Source of the DNA: the human T2T-CHM13v2.0 reference genome, Homo sapiens
Direction: 5' to 3' (one strand)
Length of the DNA: 64,000 bases
NCBI RefSeq assembly: GCF_009914755.1
Contig: NC_060941.1
The position numbers and the translations under genes were made by a program. The notes below the pieces were generated by a model. That model did not search any database. It was not told where the DNA came from and worked only from the letters and a program-made list of their open reading frames with translations. Shown piece after piece: positions 30,727-50,536 of this stretch. Numbering within the stretch: position 1 is the first letter of the stretch; every line of letters starts with the position of its first letter.

Positions 30727-31150
30727 CAGAGTTTCTTGGGGGCAGGGCATTCACTTGCATGGGAAAAAAATTACACCTTTATTTTCTCCAACCTCTAATG
30801 AAATCTCAGCATATTTTTCATCTACGAATGCAGGCAACAAGCCACAGCAGCATTAGCAGGACCTGTGATTTTTGTCACCATTAGAAATCACAGATATTTT
30901 CACATCTCATTAAATTGGTTGCAGATGTCTCAAAATACCCTTTACACCCATCGCTTGTTATTTAATGTGCTAATAAAGAAGCATGTATATTACTCAATCA
31001 CAACTTTCTAAAAATATTTTGATGACTATTTCAATAAAAGTGGGTTCCTTTGAAAGCCCGTGTATCTCATTTTATGTTTTTGAAAATATTACTCTGAGAA
31101 GGGGATCTAGGGAGTTCACCATGCGGCCAAAGAGGTTTGCGGCACAAAAA
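30727..31150. mobile_element. hAT-Charlie-like DNA transposon fossil (family uncertain)
   Basis: AT-rich interior (TTAGAAATCACAGATATTTTC) embedded between L2 pieces. Confidence 0.45.
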
Positions 31151-32833
31151 TGAGATAAAACACCAAGGAAGAGATGAGAAGAGAGCCCATCCTCGAGGAA
31201 TCCCAAGGTTCAGAGCCTGGGTGGAGGACGATGAGAAGTGGAGAATGAGAAACCGCCCCTGGAGACAATGGGAAACCAAGAGGAGCAGGTGGCTTTGCAG
31301 AAGCTCAGAAGGACAGTGTGTCCAGGAGGGGCTGGTGACCAAGCAAATGGACAGCTGCTGTGAGGTCAAGCACAGTGAGGACAGAAAGAGACCCGCTGCG
31401 TGCAGAGACGGGGAAGTCATTTGCTGAAGAGCCATTTCTGTGGAATGATGAGCATGGAAGCCAGATTGGAGTGGGCTGAGGAGTGAGTAGGAGGTGGGGA
31501 AATGGAGTCAGTCAGTGTAAATAATTCTTTTGAGAACTTTGGCTGTGAAGGGGAAGAAATAAGTGGAGGGGGATGTGGGATAAGGAAGGGCTGTTCTGTT
31601 CTTTTTTGCTGAGAGATCTCAGATCACAATTAAATGCGGATGGGAAGGCTCTGGCACAGAGCAGGGGATCCAGATGGGAAAGGGATGAGACCCAGGCTCA
31701 CGGGATCCCAGGCACAGGTGGAGAGGGCGGTGATGGTGGGAGACAGCGGCTGGAGTAACAGTAAGCTCAGGAAATTTCTAGCTGAGGGACACTATGGCGT
31801 GAGGTGGAAGAGAGGAGGGCGTGAAGATTAGGGAGAAGGAAGACGGTTTGAGGAGGAAGACAGCGTTGACCAAAGAAGCGGGGCAGCACTGAGGAATTCC
31901 AGAGGCTGTGGCCTTTCAGCGGCATCACTTTTGAAAGTTGAGTGACTTTTCTCCAGCAGTGGTCAGTGGCCTGGATATGAGGCAGAAGATGATGGATGGG
32001 TGGGATTTCACCAGACAGGTGTAAAAGAAGACAAAAGGACAAGAGAATTATTAAGAGGGTCAAGCACAGGACCTAGGCTGTGTAGGGAGGACACGTCAGT
32101 GTGGAGCGGACAATCACAGGGCAAGGAAAGAGGAATCCACGGGCGAGAGGTTCCCCAGAGGTGGAGGAAGTGTCACTGGGAAATGGTTAAACAGCAGAGC
32201 CGGAAGGTCTGGAGACCTGTGATGATCCAGCGATTTTGGAGATGAAATTCTTTTGGGCGATGACACCACCTGGGATGTGCTATTGGGGATGGGGGTGGCA
32301 GAGTGGGACGGAGGAGGGCACTTGAGGAACTCGGGATCTGAGATGCCAGGATGTGGCTGGCTTAGCCTGGAGGATGCTGGAGTCAAGGATTGTGGTGGCA
32401 GATCAGGAGATGTGGTGGGGACAGAGACTGAACTGCCTGCCAAAGTCTGCACTGCCAGGGGACTAACAGTGGCAGGAATGACAAGGGGGAGAGGATGGTA
32501 GAATGAAACAGCACAAGCCTCGGTGGACAGTGTTTCCACCAGAGCCTGGTGGGCAGTGGTCTGGAGCAGCAGTGGGAGTAGGACAGCCTCAAGGAAAAGC
32601 CAGCTTCACTGCGGCAGGGAGGGGAGGGAGCTCTGAGAAGGGGTCTGAGGTGCATTTCCTGCGCTGCAGGGAGGATGCACTGCTCACCGTTTCCCAGACC
32701 TGCCACCCCTCCTTGACTCAGAGTCTTCCTTCCTCCTGTAACGTCCTCTCTACCACAGCTCCCCAGCCTCACCTCCAGATTCCCAAATCTTGTCAGTGAC
32801 TTAAGATCCAGCTTAAAAATCTGCATCCTCAAA

Positions 32834-33690
<857 letters not shown>

Positions 33691-33874
33691 TGACAAATAA
33701 TAATTGTATTATAATTTCTGAATGAATAAAGCAATATAAAAACAAAATAAAAGAGTTTTAGGATGAAATGCTATATGTTATAAAATATGTGGAATGCAGG
33801 TATGAACCTGAATAATTTTATCTCACAATTTAAAAATTTTAAAATTTTGATATCTGAATTTTAACGTCTTTTCA

Positions 33875-34156
<282 letters not shown>

Positions 34157-35264
34157 TTAAATGGTTTTTAATAAGTACTGTGGTTTTAAAAACTGGAAAC
34201 ATTTTTCAAAATAGAGAATTTAAAGAAAATGTAGTAAACAAACACATAGCGCTACTTACAAAGGAAAAAAAGACATTTTATTATAATCTCCTCTCACACA
34301 ATGTCTGCGCTGCTAAGACCAATCAACACAGGGAACCCTTTGGGTCAGAGGTCACCAATCCTCTGCACCAACAATTCACTGAGCTGGGATAACAATTGGT
34401 GCTTCTATCAACCCGGCCACATGGCAGGATCACCCTCGTGCAAGGACGAGGCTGTCTTGCCTGTGCGTTGAAAAAGGCAGGACAACTTTCTGGAAGCATC
34501 TGCAATTCAAACGGACGGTTCTCCCATTTTAATGTCATGCCCTATTTTAAAATTACCTAGAGGAACTCAGACGAAGCACAGAAATGAAGGAGAAATTAAG
34601 CGCTGCTGGCTTTGCCCAAGATAGCTAGTACTTGTTTGCTGCATTAATGCTGCTGAAGATCTCCAGCACCCTGGTCTGCCTACAGAGGGGTTTGCACACC
34701 AGTATTCCAATTACTCTATAACCTGATCATAAAAGAAATAGCCAGTTCAGTCTGGTGAGTTATCTGGCGGAATCTTCAACCACAACAAGATGACCTCCCT
34801 TATAATGTACAAGTGAGTCCTGGGTCAACTTCAGGCCGTTCTGAGTTTCCTCCATCTACTCAGAGCTACAACCCTGCCATTCTTATGCCTTTGCATCCTT
34901 GCCTACCTGTGACCAAAGGAACCTGGTGTTTTAAAGAAGCCATCTGTCCCTCTGTAGAGTGGTATGCCAGGAAAAGAATGCTTTATTTAGCTGGCTGGCT
35001 ACTCTGGTCACCACTTGTTCCGGGGTTTCAAGAGGGTCTGATCATAACTGACTAATCTTCTAGCCCAAATGGCCACTGCAGATTGGCAGCCTTACCAAAC
35101 CATTCTCCCGTCAATCATTTCAAGCCAGGTCATGGAGCATTCTCCACTCCAAGTCACATTATCCCCTTTCTTCTCTTGCCCACAGTAAGGATCCCTATTC
35201 TGGCTATTACGGCGATATGGTTACAACTTTTGATAGGTGCACATTCCTAAAACATTCTTGCAAT

Positions 35265-36032
35265 CAAGGTAAGAGGTGGAGCTCAGACACTGGACCAAAT
35301 TGAGGACTAGATAAAACGGGGATGGGCTGCAAGCAGCTTTCCATAAGACATGCCCAACAATGTGCCATGTCAGTTTACCATTGCCATGGCAACACCTGGG
35401 AGTTAACACTCCTTTACATGGCAATGACCTAACGACCCAGAAGTTAATACCTTTTCCTAGAAATTTCTGCATAATCTGCATGCTATTAAAAGTAGGTATA
35501 GCCTGGGCGAAGTGGCTCATGCCTGTAATCCTAGCACTTTGGGAGGCCAAGGTGGGTGGATCACCTGAGCTCAGGAGTTTGAGACCAGGCAACATGGTGA
35601 AATCCCATCTCTACTAAAAATACAAAAAATTAGCCAGGTATGGTGGTGGGTGCCTGTAATCCCAGATACTAGGGAGGCTGAGGCACGAGAATCACTTGAA
35701 CCTGAATCGCTTGCAGTGAACCGAGATCCTGCCACTGCACTCCAGCCTGGGTTACAAAGTGAGACTCCATCTCAAAAAAAAAAAAAAGAAAAAAAAAAAG
35801 AAAAGTAGGTATAAATATGATTTGAGAATGGCCCTGAGCTGCCACTCTGGGCACACTGCCTATGGGGTAGTCCTACTCCACAAGGAGCAGTCTGTCTGCT
35901 GCTGCTGTGCACCACCACTTCAATAAAAATTGCTGCCTAACACCACCGGCTTCCCCTTGAATACCTTCCTGGGCAAAGCCAACAACCCTCCTGGGCTAAG
36001 TCCCAAGGCTGGGGCTCACCTGCCCTGCATCA
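35265..36032 (+). mobile_element. ERV1-class solo LTR (MER66/LTR19-like), interrupted by an Alu
   Basis: GGACCAAATTGAGGACTAG, TTGCCATGGCAAC, TATAAA, AATAAA, ends CCTGCCCTGCATCA; family assignment from memory. Confidence 0.75.
35501..35800 (+). mobile_element. AluS inserted in the LTR
   Basis: TSD AAAAGTAGGTATA. Confidence 0.93.
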
Positions 36033-36535
36033 CAACTGTCAGTCATCAAATATGCATGGAGCTCCTATTATGTGCTAGGCATTGGAAATATAACCACAAA
36101 CAGTGCCTCCTCTTTTGACTAGCTCCCAGCCTAAGGGAGGAGGCAGACAGAAAGATGTACCCCATGGTGGGCATGAGCCCAGAGGGTGTTCTAAGAATAC
36201 AAAGACAGGACGAGCAAAACCATTCAACCCCCAGGAGAAGCTCCAGAAACTTTTTTCAGAGGAGGTGCCCTCAGAGTTGAGGGTGCACAGAGGCTGGGCA
36301 GATGAGCTCGGGAGGTAGGCAGGGGTCAGGCACACAAGGGCCTTGGGTACCTTGCGAAGGTATCTGAATTTGATCCCAAAGACAATGGGAAACCACTGAA
36401 GAATGTTTAATAAAGGAGTGTTGTGATCCAATTTGATCCTAGAGGTATCTATCTCTCTTATAGCAGCCTGGAAGACTGCCTGTAAGGGGAAAAGTAAAGA
36501 CAAAATCATTAGGGAAATGACAATAATCCAGACAA

Positions 36536-36762
36536 ATCCAAGCACTTTGGGAGGCTGAGGCGGGTGGATCACTTGAGGTCAGGAGTTCAAGACCAGCCTG
36601 GCTAATATGGTGAAACTCTGTCTTTACTAAAAACACAAAATTAGCCGGGCATCATGGCGCACGCCTGTAGTCCCAGCTACTCAGAAGGGTGAGGATCACG
36701 CCACTGCACTCCAGCCTGGGTGAGAGAACACGACTCTGTCTCAAAAAAAAAAAAAAAAAAAA
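36536..36762 (+). mobile_element. 5'-truncated, internally deleted AluS
   Basis: TSD AATCCAGACAA. Confidence 0.9.
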
Positions 36763-37759
36763 ATCCAGACAAGAAAAGAGAGGGCCCTACAAAGGCAGGT
36801 AAAAGTGGACAGATTTGAGGGAGAGGAGAGGAGACAGTCAGGTTTCAGTGTTTGATTGCTGGAAGTAGGAGGAGGAGCAGAAGAAAGAGAAGGCAGAGTC
36901 TAAGATAATTTCCAGGATTCTGGCTTGGGCAGAAATAAGAACTTCAGGAAGAGGAAACAATTTGAGGGGAGATGATGATGTATTCAGCACCATGAGCCTG
37001 AGGGGCTTGTGGGACCTGCCACGGTGAACAGAGCAACGGCTAAAATGGAAAACAAACTCAAAGGAAAATTCCCACAGATCTGCACTTGTCAAACCGTGGG
37101 CTGCACATTCTCTCTCCATGACGTGCGTTTCAGGCTCCAGATGCTGCGTGCAGAGCTGCGTTCTTACCCAGTGCACCTCGAGGGCGCAGAATCTGAGCTA
37201 GAGTCAAGAGGGCGGCTGTGAAGAACACCACGCCAGGTGTTAAGGGTGACTCACAGCCTCCCAGGGTGGGGCCCCCTGGCAGCTAGAACCAGCGTGTGCA
37301 TGCGCGACCTGCCTCATCAGCACACAGGCCTAGGGCCAGAAAGAAGAGGCCCGACCCACAAGGAATCTGAGAATGGGCAAGCAGAAATTAGAGAAAATTA
37401 AAAGCATGATTCATGGAACACATATGCCACATCCTAAGCCGTGGCTGCTTTCATGACACTGTAAAGGGTGTCAGTGGGTTGACATTGACAGATTAATGGG
37501 AGGATGTCTCCCCAAGAGCCGTTTGAAAGTGGAGAAGCTGAAGGTTTCACGGACACGATAGGATGAATCAATAGGGAATGAAAGGAGTCATGCAGATATA
37601 CCCAGGTCATAGAAAAACACAAAATGCAAATCGAGCCAGCCTCCACGGACAGCTGAGTCACCCGAGAGCTAATATTTGCTAGGAGCCGCAGTATGCAAAG
37701 CATTGTGCTATGGATTATGCAGGGCTGGATTCTGGGAAACAAAACCCTTCCCTGGCTCA

Positions 37760-38339
<580 letters not shown>

Positions 38340-40255
38340 TTAGACCTTTGCTGCTCTCATGCATGGCTGGACATTCTGACTTTTTAAGCCATTGCAGGCT
38401 ACTTGAAAAGACTTTATTTTTTATGTTAATCTCTAAAATTCGTGTGGATTCTTATGAACAAAACAATTACAGTGTTTACGTTGGGTAACAGCCTTCCTCT
38501 GGAGGCGCACCTTGCTTGCTGGTACAGTCAAGTGACTTCATTGATGTGAACAGCACACTGGGCCAGGCCTGGGGCACTGCCAGCTGCTTCTCGGTATCAG
38601 GTTCACTGCCTACGCCTCCTTCCGATGTAACCTTGAGTCCTGGTGACCTGGAATCTAAATATTTAGCACTCGGTTGCCACCAGTGAAAGGACTAGAATCT
38701 TATTTTTATTAGCAGAGCAAATGGTGCACTTAAAAAACTGACAGTGATCTCTACCTTTCTTCCCCATGAAGTAAATGCAGTGAGAACGTGTTCTCAGTCC
38801 TTGAGGCTTGTGCATTTGGAACGACGTCCTTTCCAGTGAGGATACAGGATCTTGGAAAGATGAGAAGGGCCCGTGATGTGTTGCTTTCTAGAAGCTTGCG
38901 GCTTACCATGTCCTGCGCCAATTAATCATTTTCATCATCTTCTATGGGGAAATCGGGGCTCCTGTCCCCTCTCTGTGAAGGTTCGTGGGGACAAAATTCC
39001 TTCCGTGCCTCTGTCAATCACAGCAAGCTCCTCTGGGCCAGCAGCGGTCTCGCCGGTGCCTGGGAAGGAGGGGCGTTGCTTTCTCCGTATATCCAGAAGC
39101 CTCTTTGCTTTTTAGTCTACTAAATTACCCACTTTCTAGTGGGTTATGCAGAGCCACTATTTATTTCCCTGTTAAATTCCAATCTGATGAAACAGTTCAC
39201 AGGGTTGTACGTAACTCTGAAAAGGCTCTAAAATTAAGTTGCCATATTAGGTTGGCTTTTAAAAATGTGGCCTGGGACTGGGCTGAGGGATTCTAGAAGC
39301 CTCAGAACCTTCTCCTCCACCAATACCTGTTGGAGCATCACTTGCAAGTATATTTGGACACCAAGGCAGTTTATAATGTACTGTAATGTCAGTGTGCCAC
39401 TTAGAAGTCTCCTTCGTTTTCACAATGATCCCACGAGATATGCATAATAAGTATCTCCTTGATGGGAAACTGAAGTGCTTGCAAGTGGTTTGCCTGAATT
39501 CACATTGTAATGAGAGGCAGAGCTGGCCTTTCATAAATGCTTTCTACTATGCCAAGCCACGACTGTAAATGTATTTAGGAAGTACCACTCTAAAGAACTT
39601 CTCAGCGCAGGCTTGATAGGTATTGCTTCATCTTGGACTTAGATGAAATCCAACTGCTGCATAACCAGCAGTTAGAGCCACTGGTTGTGGTGAGGAGGTT
39701 ATGCCAGGATGAAGCAGCCAGCAGGTTAACTGTGTGTTTGGGGATCTGCCCACCTCAAGGCAGTTGTCTGGAAGGATACCTTGACACTGAAGCCATTATT
39801 TGATGGTAAATGCCTCGTTCGTTCCAGGCTCATCAGAATTGTGACAATTGGAGTCTGGGTTAAGGAATGAACAAGTGATGAAAACTGCAATATAAGTGTC
39901 AAAATTTGGTAGTGGTAAGAAGCACATAGTGACTGAATGGTGGAAAAATTTCCATGGATTAAGCAATTCACTTTCATAACAGCCACTCAATCAGAGAAGG
40001 AACCTGCCTTTACAAATCAGAGGCAAATGCTATTTCGAGTTTTCAGGTGCTGCAATCTCTAGGAGGAAATGACTTGGGATATTTCCACCTAGGGAGGAAG
40101 GCTTTGTTTGAGTTTACATCATCTCACTGAGCTATATATCATTCTCCTGCCCCTTTCTGATTGACGGAGAATCTTTTGCAACTCTAGTGCCTGATGCAAC
40201 ATTCAATACACTGAGCTCTGGACATTGGATCTGTCTGACCTTGGTTCTCTTTTGA

Positions 40256-40704
<449 letters not shown>

Positions 40705-41319
40705 AAACGACTGTATTTTAATAAAAATTGGGCTAGGGGTTCAAATCTGGGAGGGGAATCTCCAAACCAATCCATGATTTTGGGGGTTGAAGATTTCTTG
40801 GATCTGGCTTGAGTTTCATAAGAGATCTCTGGCTTCATTTATATCAAGCAAAACCCAAAGGATTGAGCCAGGCAGGATGGACGTTATGAGAGCACAAGTT
40901 GAATGGCTGTTAAGAATGATGCATTCAGTGACACTTCCTCTCACCCTGCCCTTCCTCTGCTTTTGTGTCCAGGGGCAAATCCTCCAGTATCCCCCAAAGA
41001 ATATCTCTAATGCAGAGAGCAAAGCAGAGGTGAATTTCACTGTGGAAAATTTTGATTGTGTCACTTTTCTCAGTAGAGAAGATGAGGCCTTGATGACACT
41101 TGTGCAATCAGGGCTCAAACACTTGGGAGATCATTATCTGGAGAAAACTGAGATTATGTAAGCAATGTTTCTTATTCTCTGACACACTGAGGGACAGTGT
41201 CATAGTGCAAACATAAAATATCCTGTCCTCATATTTTAGAGGAAAAATTGCCAGTTTTTTTTTTTTTTTTTTTTTTTTTTGCATTTTACTATGTTTTTCT
41301 TAAAAAAATGTTGTATTGG

Positions 41320-44594
<3,275 letters not shown>

Positions 44595-45654
44595 AAAAAA
44601 TGTTGTGTTGAGTGGGGTGAATAATAAAATTATTGGGAAATAAGAGCCATATAAACTGTATTATAGAAGCTATTTCACATAATTACTATTATGTATACAA
44701 CCATGACCTTTTTCAGAAGTGGTCTGAGTGTTTTGCAGTGATGGTTTAAAGAATGCATAATTTGTATAGCAGGAAGAAGAAAACTATAGGAATCTGACAC
44801 CAGCTTGTTCCATAAGCTTAAGTGTGAAAAGGAACATAAAACTTCAAATCCTGCATATCCCAAATGCATGAGTATTGCACATAAAATGGCCGTGACTGTG
44901 CACGTGAGCCTCTGCATGAAAGTTCCCTGCAGAGGCACCCAGATGCCCACTTGTTTAGCAATTCCAATCTGGGAAGACTGCTACATGCTACTGTTTGACT
45001 TGAATTATATTTTCTTATCTGTCCTTGATCTTATTTCTGAGTGTAAAAATGTGAGAATTTATCTTAATGCTAAAAATATGTTGTTCTAGTCAAACTAGAT
45101 TTAATTTTTGGATAAATCTCACTCCTTAAGTTTAATCAGCAGCAGGCATTATATTTAGTCTTAGACTAACAGGAAAAGATCCAGGCAACGTGTTCTTGGT
45201 GCTGCCAATATTGTGAGATAGTCTCTTTCACCTTCAGACTCTAAGTGAAATATTTTATTGTACGATTTTATATTCCTTAATAGAGAGCATATCTCTCTCC
45301 TAGGTATACATCTACATCTATAAACATCAATCACTGATGTTTTTAAGGTGTCCTTTGAACATTAAATAACCACAGTGTGAACATCCTAGATTAAAAAAGA
45401 AATCTCAACAAGAACTTGATTGATATCACGTATTCAGGATCTATCTCAGGATCCATGCCATTGATAGGAAAGAAGGAGTCTCTCCTCTAGAGTATATTTC
45501 AGGCATAAAATATTAAATAGGAATTCATAAAAGGCATATTACTCATCTTAAATCAATTCACCATGCTAACAGTCAGTGTTGAATACAGCTTGTGGTATTG
45601 AGCTCTTACATAGGGTAAGTTAAATTATTAGATAAGATCTTAAACATGAAATAT

Positions 45655-45960
45655 GATCATAGAGCTTAGCAATTCAGAGCACCTTCTCTGGGGTCAGACT
45701 GCCTAGAATGGAATCTCTACCACGCACTGGCTGTGAAATCTTAGGTAAAGTTTTGTGACTTCTCTAAGGTCCAGTTTTCTCATCAGTAAAGTGGGGCAAA
45801 GATGGATGGATAGATAGATAGATAGATAGATAGATAAGGATAGGTGATAGATATATACATTTATGAGAATTAAATAAGCTAATATGTATAAAGTGCTTCG
45901 TATAGTGCCTGGAATGTTGCAAGCACTGAAATAATGGTAACTGCTTAATTATTATTATCA
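45655..45960 (+). mobile_element. MIR containing a GATA STR
   Basis: GGGTCAGACTGCCT...CAGTTTTCTCATCAGTAAAGTGGGG. Confidence 0.75.
45801..45836. repeat. (GATG)n(GATA)n tetranucleotide STR
   Basis: Direct reading. Confidence 0.9.
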
Positions 45961-46465
45961 TGATACTATTATTAATCATATTATCATATTGTTATTATCA
46001 CATTGTTATATCATTCTAAGCAAAAATATTTTATCATCATATTGCTATATCTAGGCAAAAATATTTAAACAATTGCCAATTATTACATGATACAGTTATT
46101 ACCACATTTTACTCTCTTCCTTCATCAGAAATAAAAACTAGGCCCAACCTTGCATCAAGTTAGACCATATGCCACAGAGATGATGCTGTGCTTAAGAAGG
46201 CCCAGTGCCTCCAACTCTTATAGAGTTGCAGCATTTCTCATCTGGATGTTGTCCCATAGACCATCTGTGTCAGGACCTTTATCTACAGGAAAGAAGAGTG
46301 AGCCCAACCATAGTGAGGTGTGAAGACTGCAGAGCTGGGAGCCACAGGGGTGGTGTCCCCAGGAAGGGAGTTCCCAGCCCTAGGCTCCTTCCTGCCCCTG
46401 GCTCTCCCTGCCTTGACCTTTGGGAATCTGCAACATCTCCTTTTTGAGTTGGCTTTTTCCTACAT

Positions 46466-46507
46466 CACACACACACACACACCACCACCACCAGCAGCAG
46501 CAGCAGC
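46466..46507. repeat. Compound (CA)8-(CCA)n-(CAG)5 microsatellite
   Basis: Direct reading. Confidence 0.95.
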
Positions 46508-46539
46508 CCCAGGAGACTGTCTCCCAGAATTCTTCATAC

Positions 46540-46659
46540 CTGTTTGGAAGATGACCTGCTAGAAAACCGGGATCTCTCAAAACTTGTCTCTTGCCCCCAA
46601 AACTGATCGCGTTTCTTCTCATTTGGGTCTCTTCTATATTCCTGTCGTCTCAGACAAGC
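46540..46659 (-). CDS. MARCHF10: MARCHF10 coding exon (120 nt, phase 0-0)
   Basis: Acceptor ttgttgttgttcttcag|G, donor CAG|gtatga. Encodes ACLRRQEYRRDPNEKKRDQFWGQETSFERSRFSSRSSSKQ, in frame with its neighbours. Confidence 0.95.
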
Positions 46660-46841
46660 CTGAAGAACAACAACAATAAAATGTTTGTCTTAGGACCATG
46701 GCAAGCTTGGGTAACTTTATGCTTAACTCCAATGGTGAGGAGCATGAAATAAATGATATGCATCTCCAGGTGTTCATCAAATACCTCTCACCAAGTATAA
46801 AGACCAGGTATCACTCTTCCCTTTGCTTAAAACGCAGGTCA

Positions 46842-47150
<309 letters not shown>

Positions 47151-47664
47151 AAAACGCAGGTCAGACGTAATAGCCATTACTTTAATAAATTCAAACAATA
47201 AACATACTGAGAGGCATTTTGTCAAGAATGTACCCAACTGTTGCCTTCTCAAGGAGGGCAGCACCTGTTACACCTTGTGAATTTCTCTTTCTGGTCATTC
47301 TCTTCATGGCCCCTCCCTCTTCCTACCTTCACTATACTGTGACCCTGGAGATGACACCCTAGTTGCGGGATGAGAATTGTCAACATCAGAGCATGTGTGT
47401 TTCCTGCACTTGGAATCTCCTCTGTTAGAAGCTCTCTTGGCAAAACCGACTGATCTACTAAAAAGCCTGCTGCTGTGGCCTTGCCTCTCTTTAGTTTCCT
47501 CTGCCCTCTCTTCTCCAGGCCGAATTAATTGTCAGAGTTGCAATGTATATTAATTTAAGCTTGAATTATACATATTTTTTTCCTATTGTAGGTAGTTGTT
47601 TGTGGTTTTGAGCCTGTTTCTCCTGCTGATCATTGAGAACCCTGAGAGTAAGGACAACTTCTTA

Positions 47665-48010
<346 letters not shown>

Positions 48011-48170
48011 AATTTTAGTTGAATTGCATTTTTGCTTTGGAGGAAAATATCAATCCCTAAGTGCAAAATAAGAAAAATAAAATTACCAATGAAAATAATT
48101 CCCCATGTTTCTTAACAAAATTAAAATAAAATCTGGTACCAAAATATTTCTCCTGTAGTACTAGGACTGA

Positions 48171-48800
<630 letters not shown>

Positions 48801-50339
48801 TAAGCCTGACATTATGCTGTAAGGTTAAGAATAGAAATGACCCGATACTAACAAAACATTTACTCCTTGGAATTGGGACAGTTATTCACATCGTGCTTTA
48901 TGTCTGAATTGCAGGTGACACTCTAGCCTCCGGGCTCATCACAGCAGCCAAGTGGTCACCTGCAGGAAGTGGAATCCTAGATTCTGGGGAGAGAGATGCA
49001 GCTTCACTCCAACTTGCTTGGGAAGGGACAACATCTGTCCCACAGTTAATCTTCTTTTCAAAAACTATGCCACATAGATAGTAAGTCATCATAATAAACA
49101 CTGGACTCTGTTTGTTTTAATAATTTAAGCAAGAAAAACCAAAGAACACTAGGCAGTAACCATAATAAGTTAAACAAAACAAACAAAAAACACCCAATCA
49201 TAGAGAAACCCAGGTAATCCTAAAGGGAGTCGGCTGGAAAGTGTAACGAAGTTCAGCTAAACGTGTGCCTTTGTTGTTCCAATCCTTTTACAAGGACTTC
49301 AAATGGGAGCTTGTGTTTGGAAAGAGCACTGGCGTGGAGTGTTGTTTCCGAAAGGGGCAGATGTCTGTGCCGTCCTAACCTACTGGTATTAAAGGCAAAA
49401 GAAGAAAATGCTGATGGGCTGAAAGTGGAGGAGGCAGTGTTAGCAAATGCACCAGGACCAAGGCAGATTTTGTGGGATGAACAGAATTCTTGTGGGCTGA
49501 GTGTTTTTTGAAAATTCTCTCCAAGAATGCATACGACTTAAATATTTCTTTACCAAAAGGGGAGGAAGAATAGATTGGTTTGCAAAGTTGAAAAAAATTT
49601 TTTCCCTCTAGTTCCTTGTTCCTCTTTTTACAGAGGAGCAGAACAAACCAGTGGCAAGGCAGGTACTTAAACTTTTATCTTGACAGAGCCAAGCAATCTT
49701 TCTACGTAAATCAAACATGAATCCTCTCAAAGTTATAGCTTTGCTGAGAAGGAACACAGGGGCAGAGCAAATATCCAGACTCACAGTCGTAGAAGCAGCA
49801 AGAACCTTTGCCTTATTCCCTGCAAGGGCTGGTTTTCTTTGTATTTGTAATTGTAAATGATTTTCTGTCAGCTGTTGATGTTGTTTTTGTGCGGGGCGGG
49901 TGGGGGGAGCCTAAGGTGACTGGGCAGGGGAGGACAGAATCCATGGGTCAGGAGAGGAATGTATTTGTAATTCATAACCAATAGCGGCTTCCCTTACCCT
50001 AGACTTTAAGAACATTCTCCCCTTTCAATTGCACGTGTCAGGATTCGGATGGCTATAAATAAGTCTCTGATCATGTGGCAAAACTGGCCGAGGGCAGTCT
50101 TGAAATTGAAGGCTTCAGGTAACTTTTTATTTCTTCCTTCTGGGAAGATCAGGGCTTCTTCCTTCCCTCCTCCATTGGTGTTGACCCCCCACCCCCCTAG
50201 TGCGTCCCCCTGACTACAGCATACGTAGTCGGGCTGCCTTTTGTACAGAAGGTACCACTGTGGGGGCAAAATGCAGAATGTGCATCAATGTCTGTGGGGA
50301 TGACGTGGGTTTTGTGACTCATTGTAACTCAATCCTGGT

Positions 50340-50536
50340 AAACACGACAATCCCCAGCTCTGCCACTTTCTAACATAGTGACCTTGGGCGAGCTGACTAA
50401 TGCCATTGATTCTTGCTTTCCTCATCTGTAAGAGGAAGTTGCAGATTGTTGATATGTTAACATCAACAAGGCATACAGTTGGTGATATGTTAATAATGGC
50501 TGGCCCTTGGGGAGTGTTCAATCAAGGGTGCCTACT
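50340..50536 (+). mobile_element. MIR running into the CAC array
   Basis: CCCAGCTCTGCCACTT...GTGACCTTGGGCGAG...TTTCCTCATCTGTAA. Confidence 0.75.
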
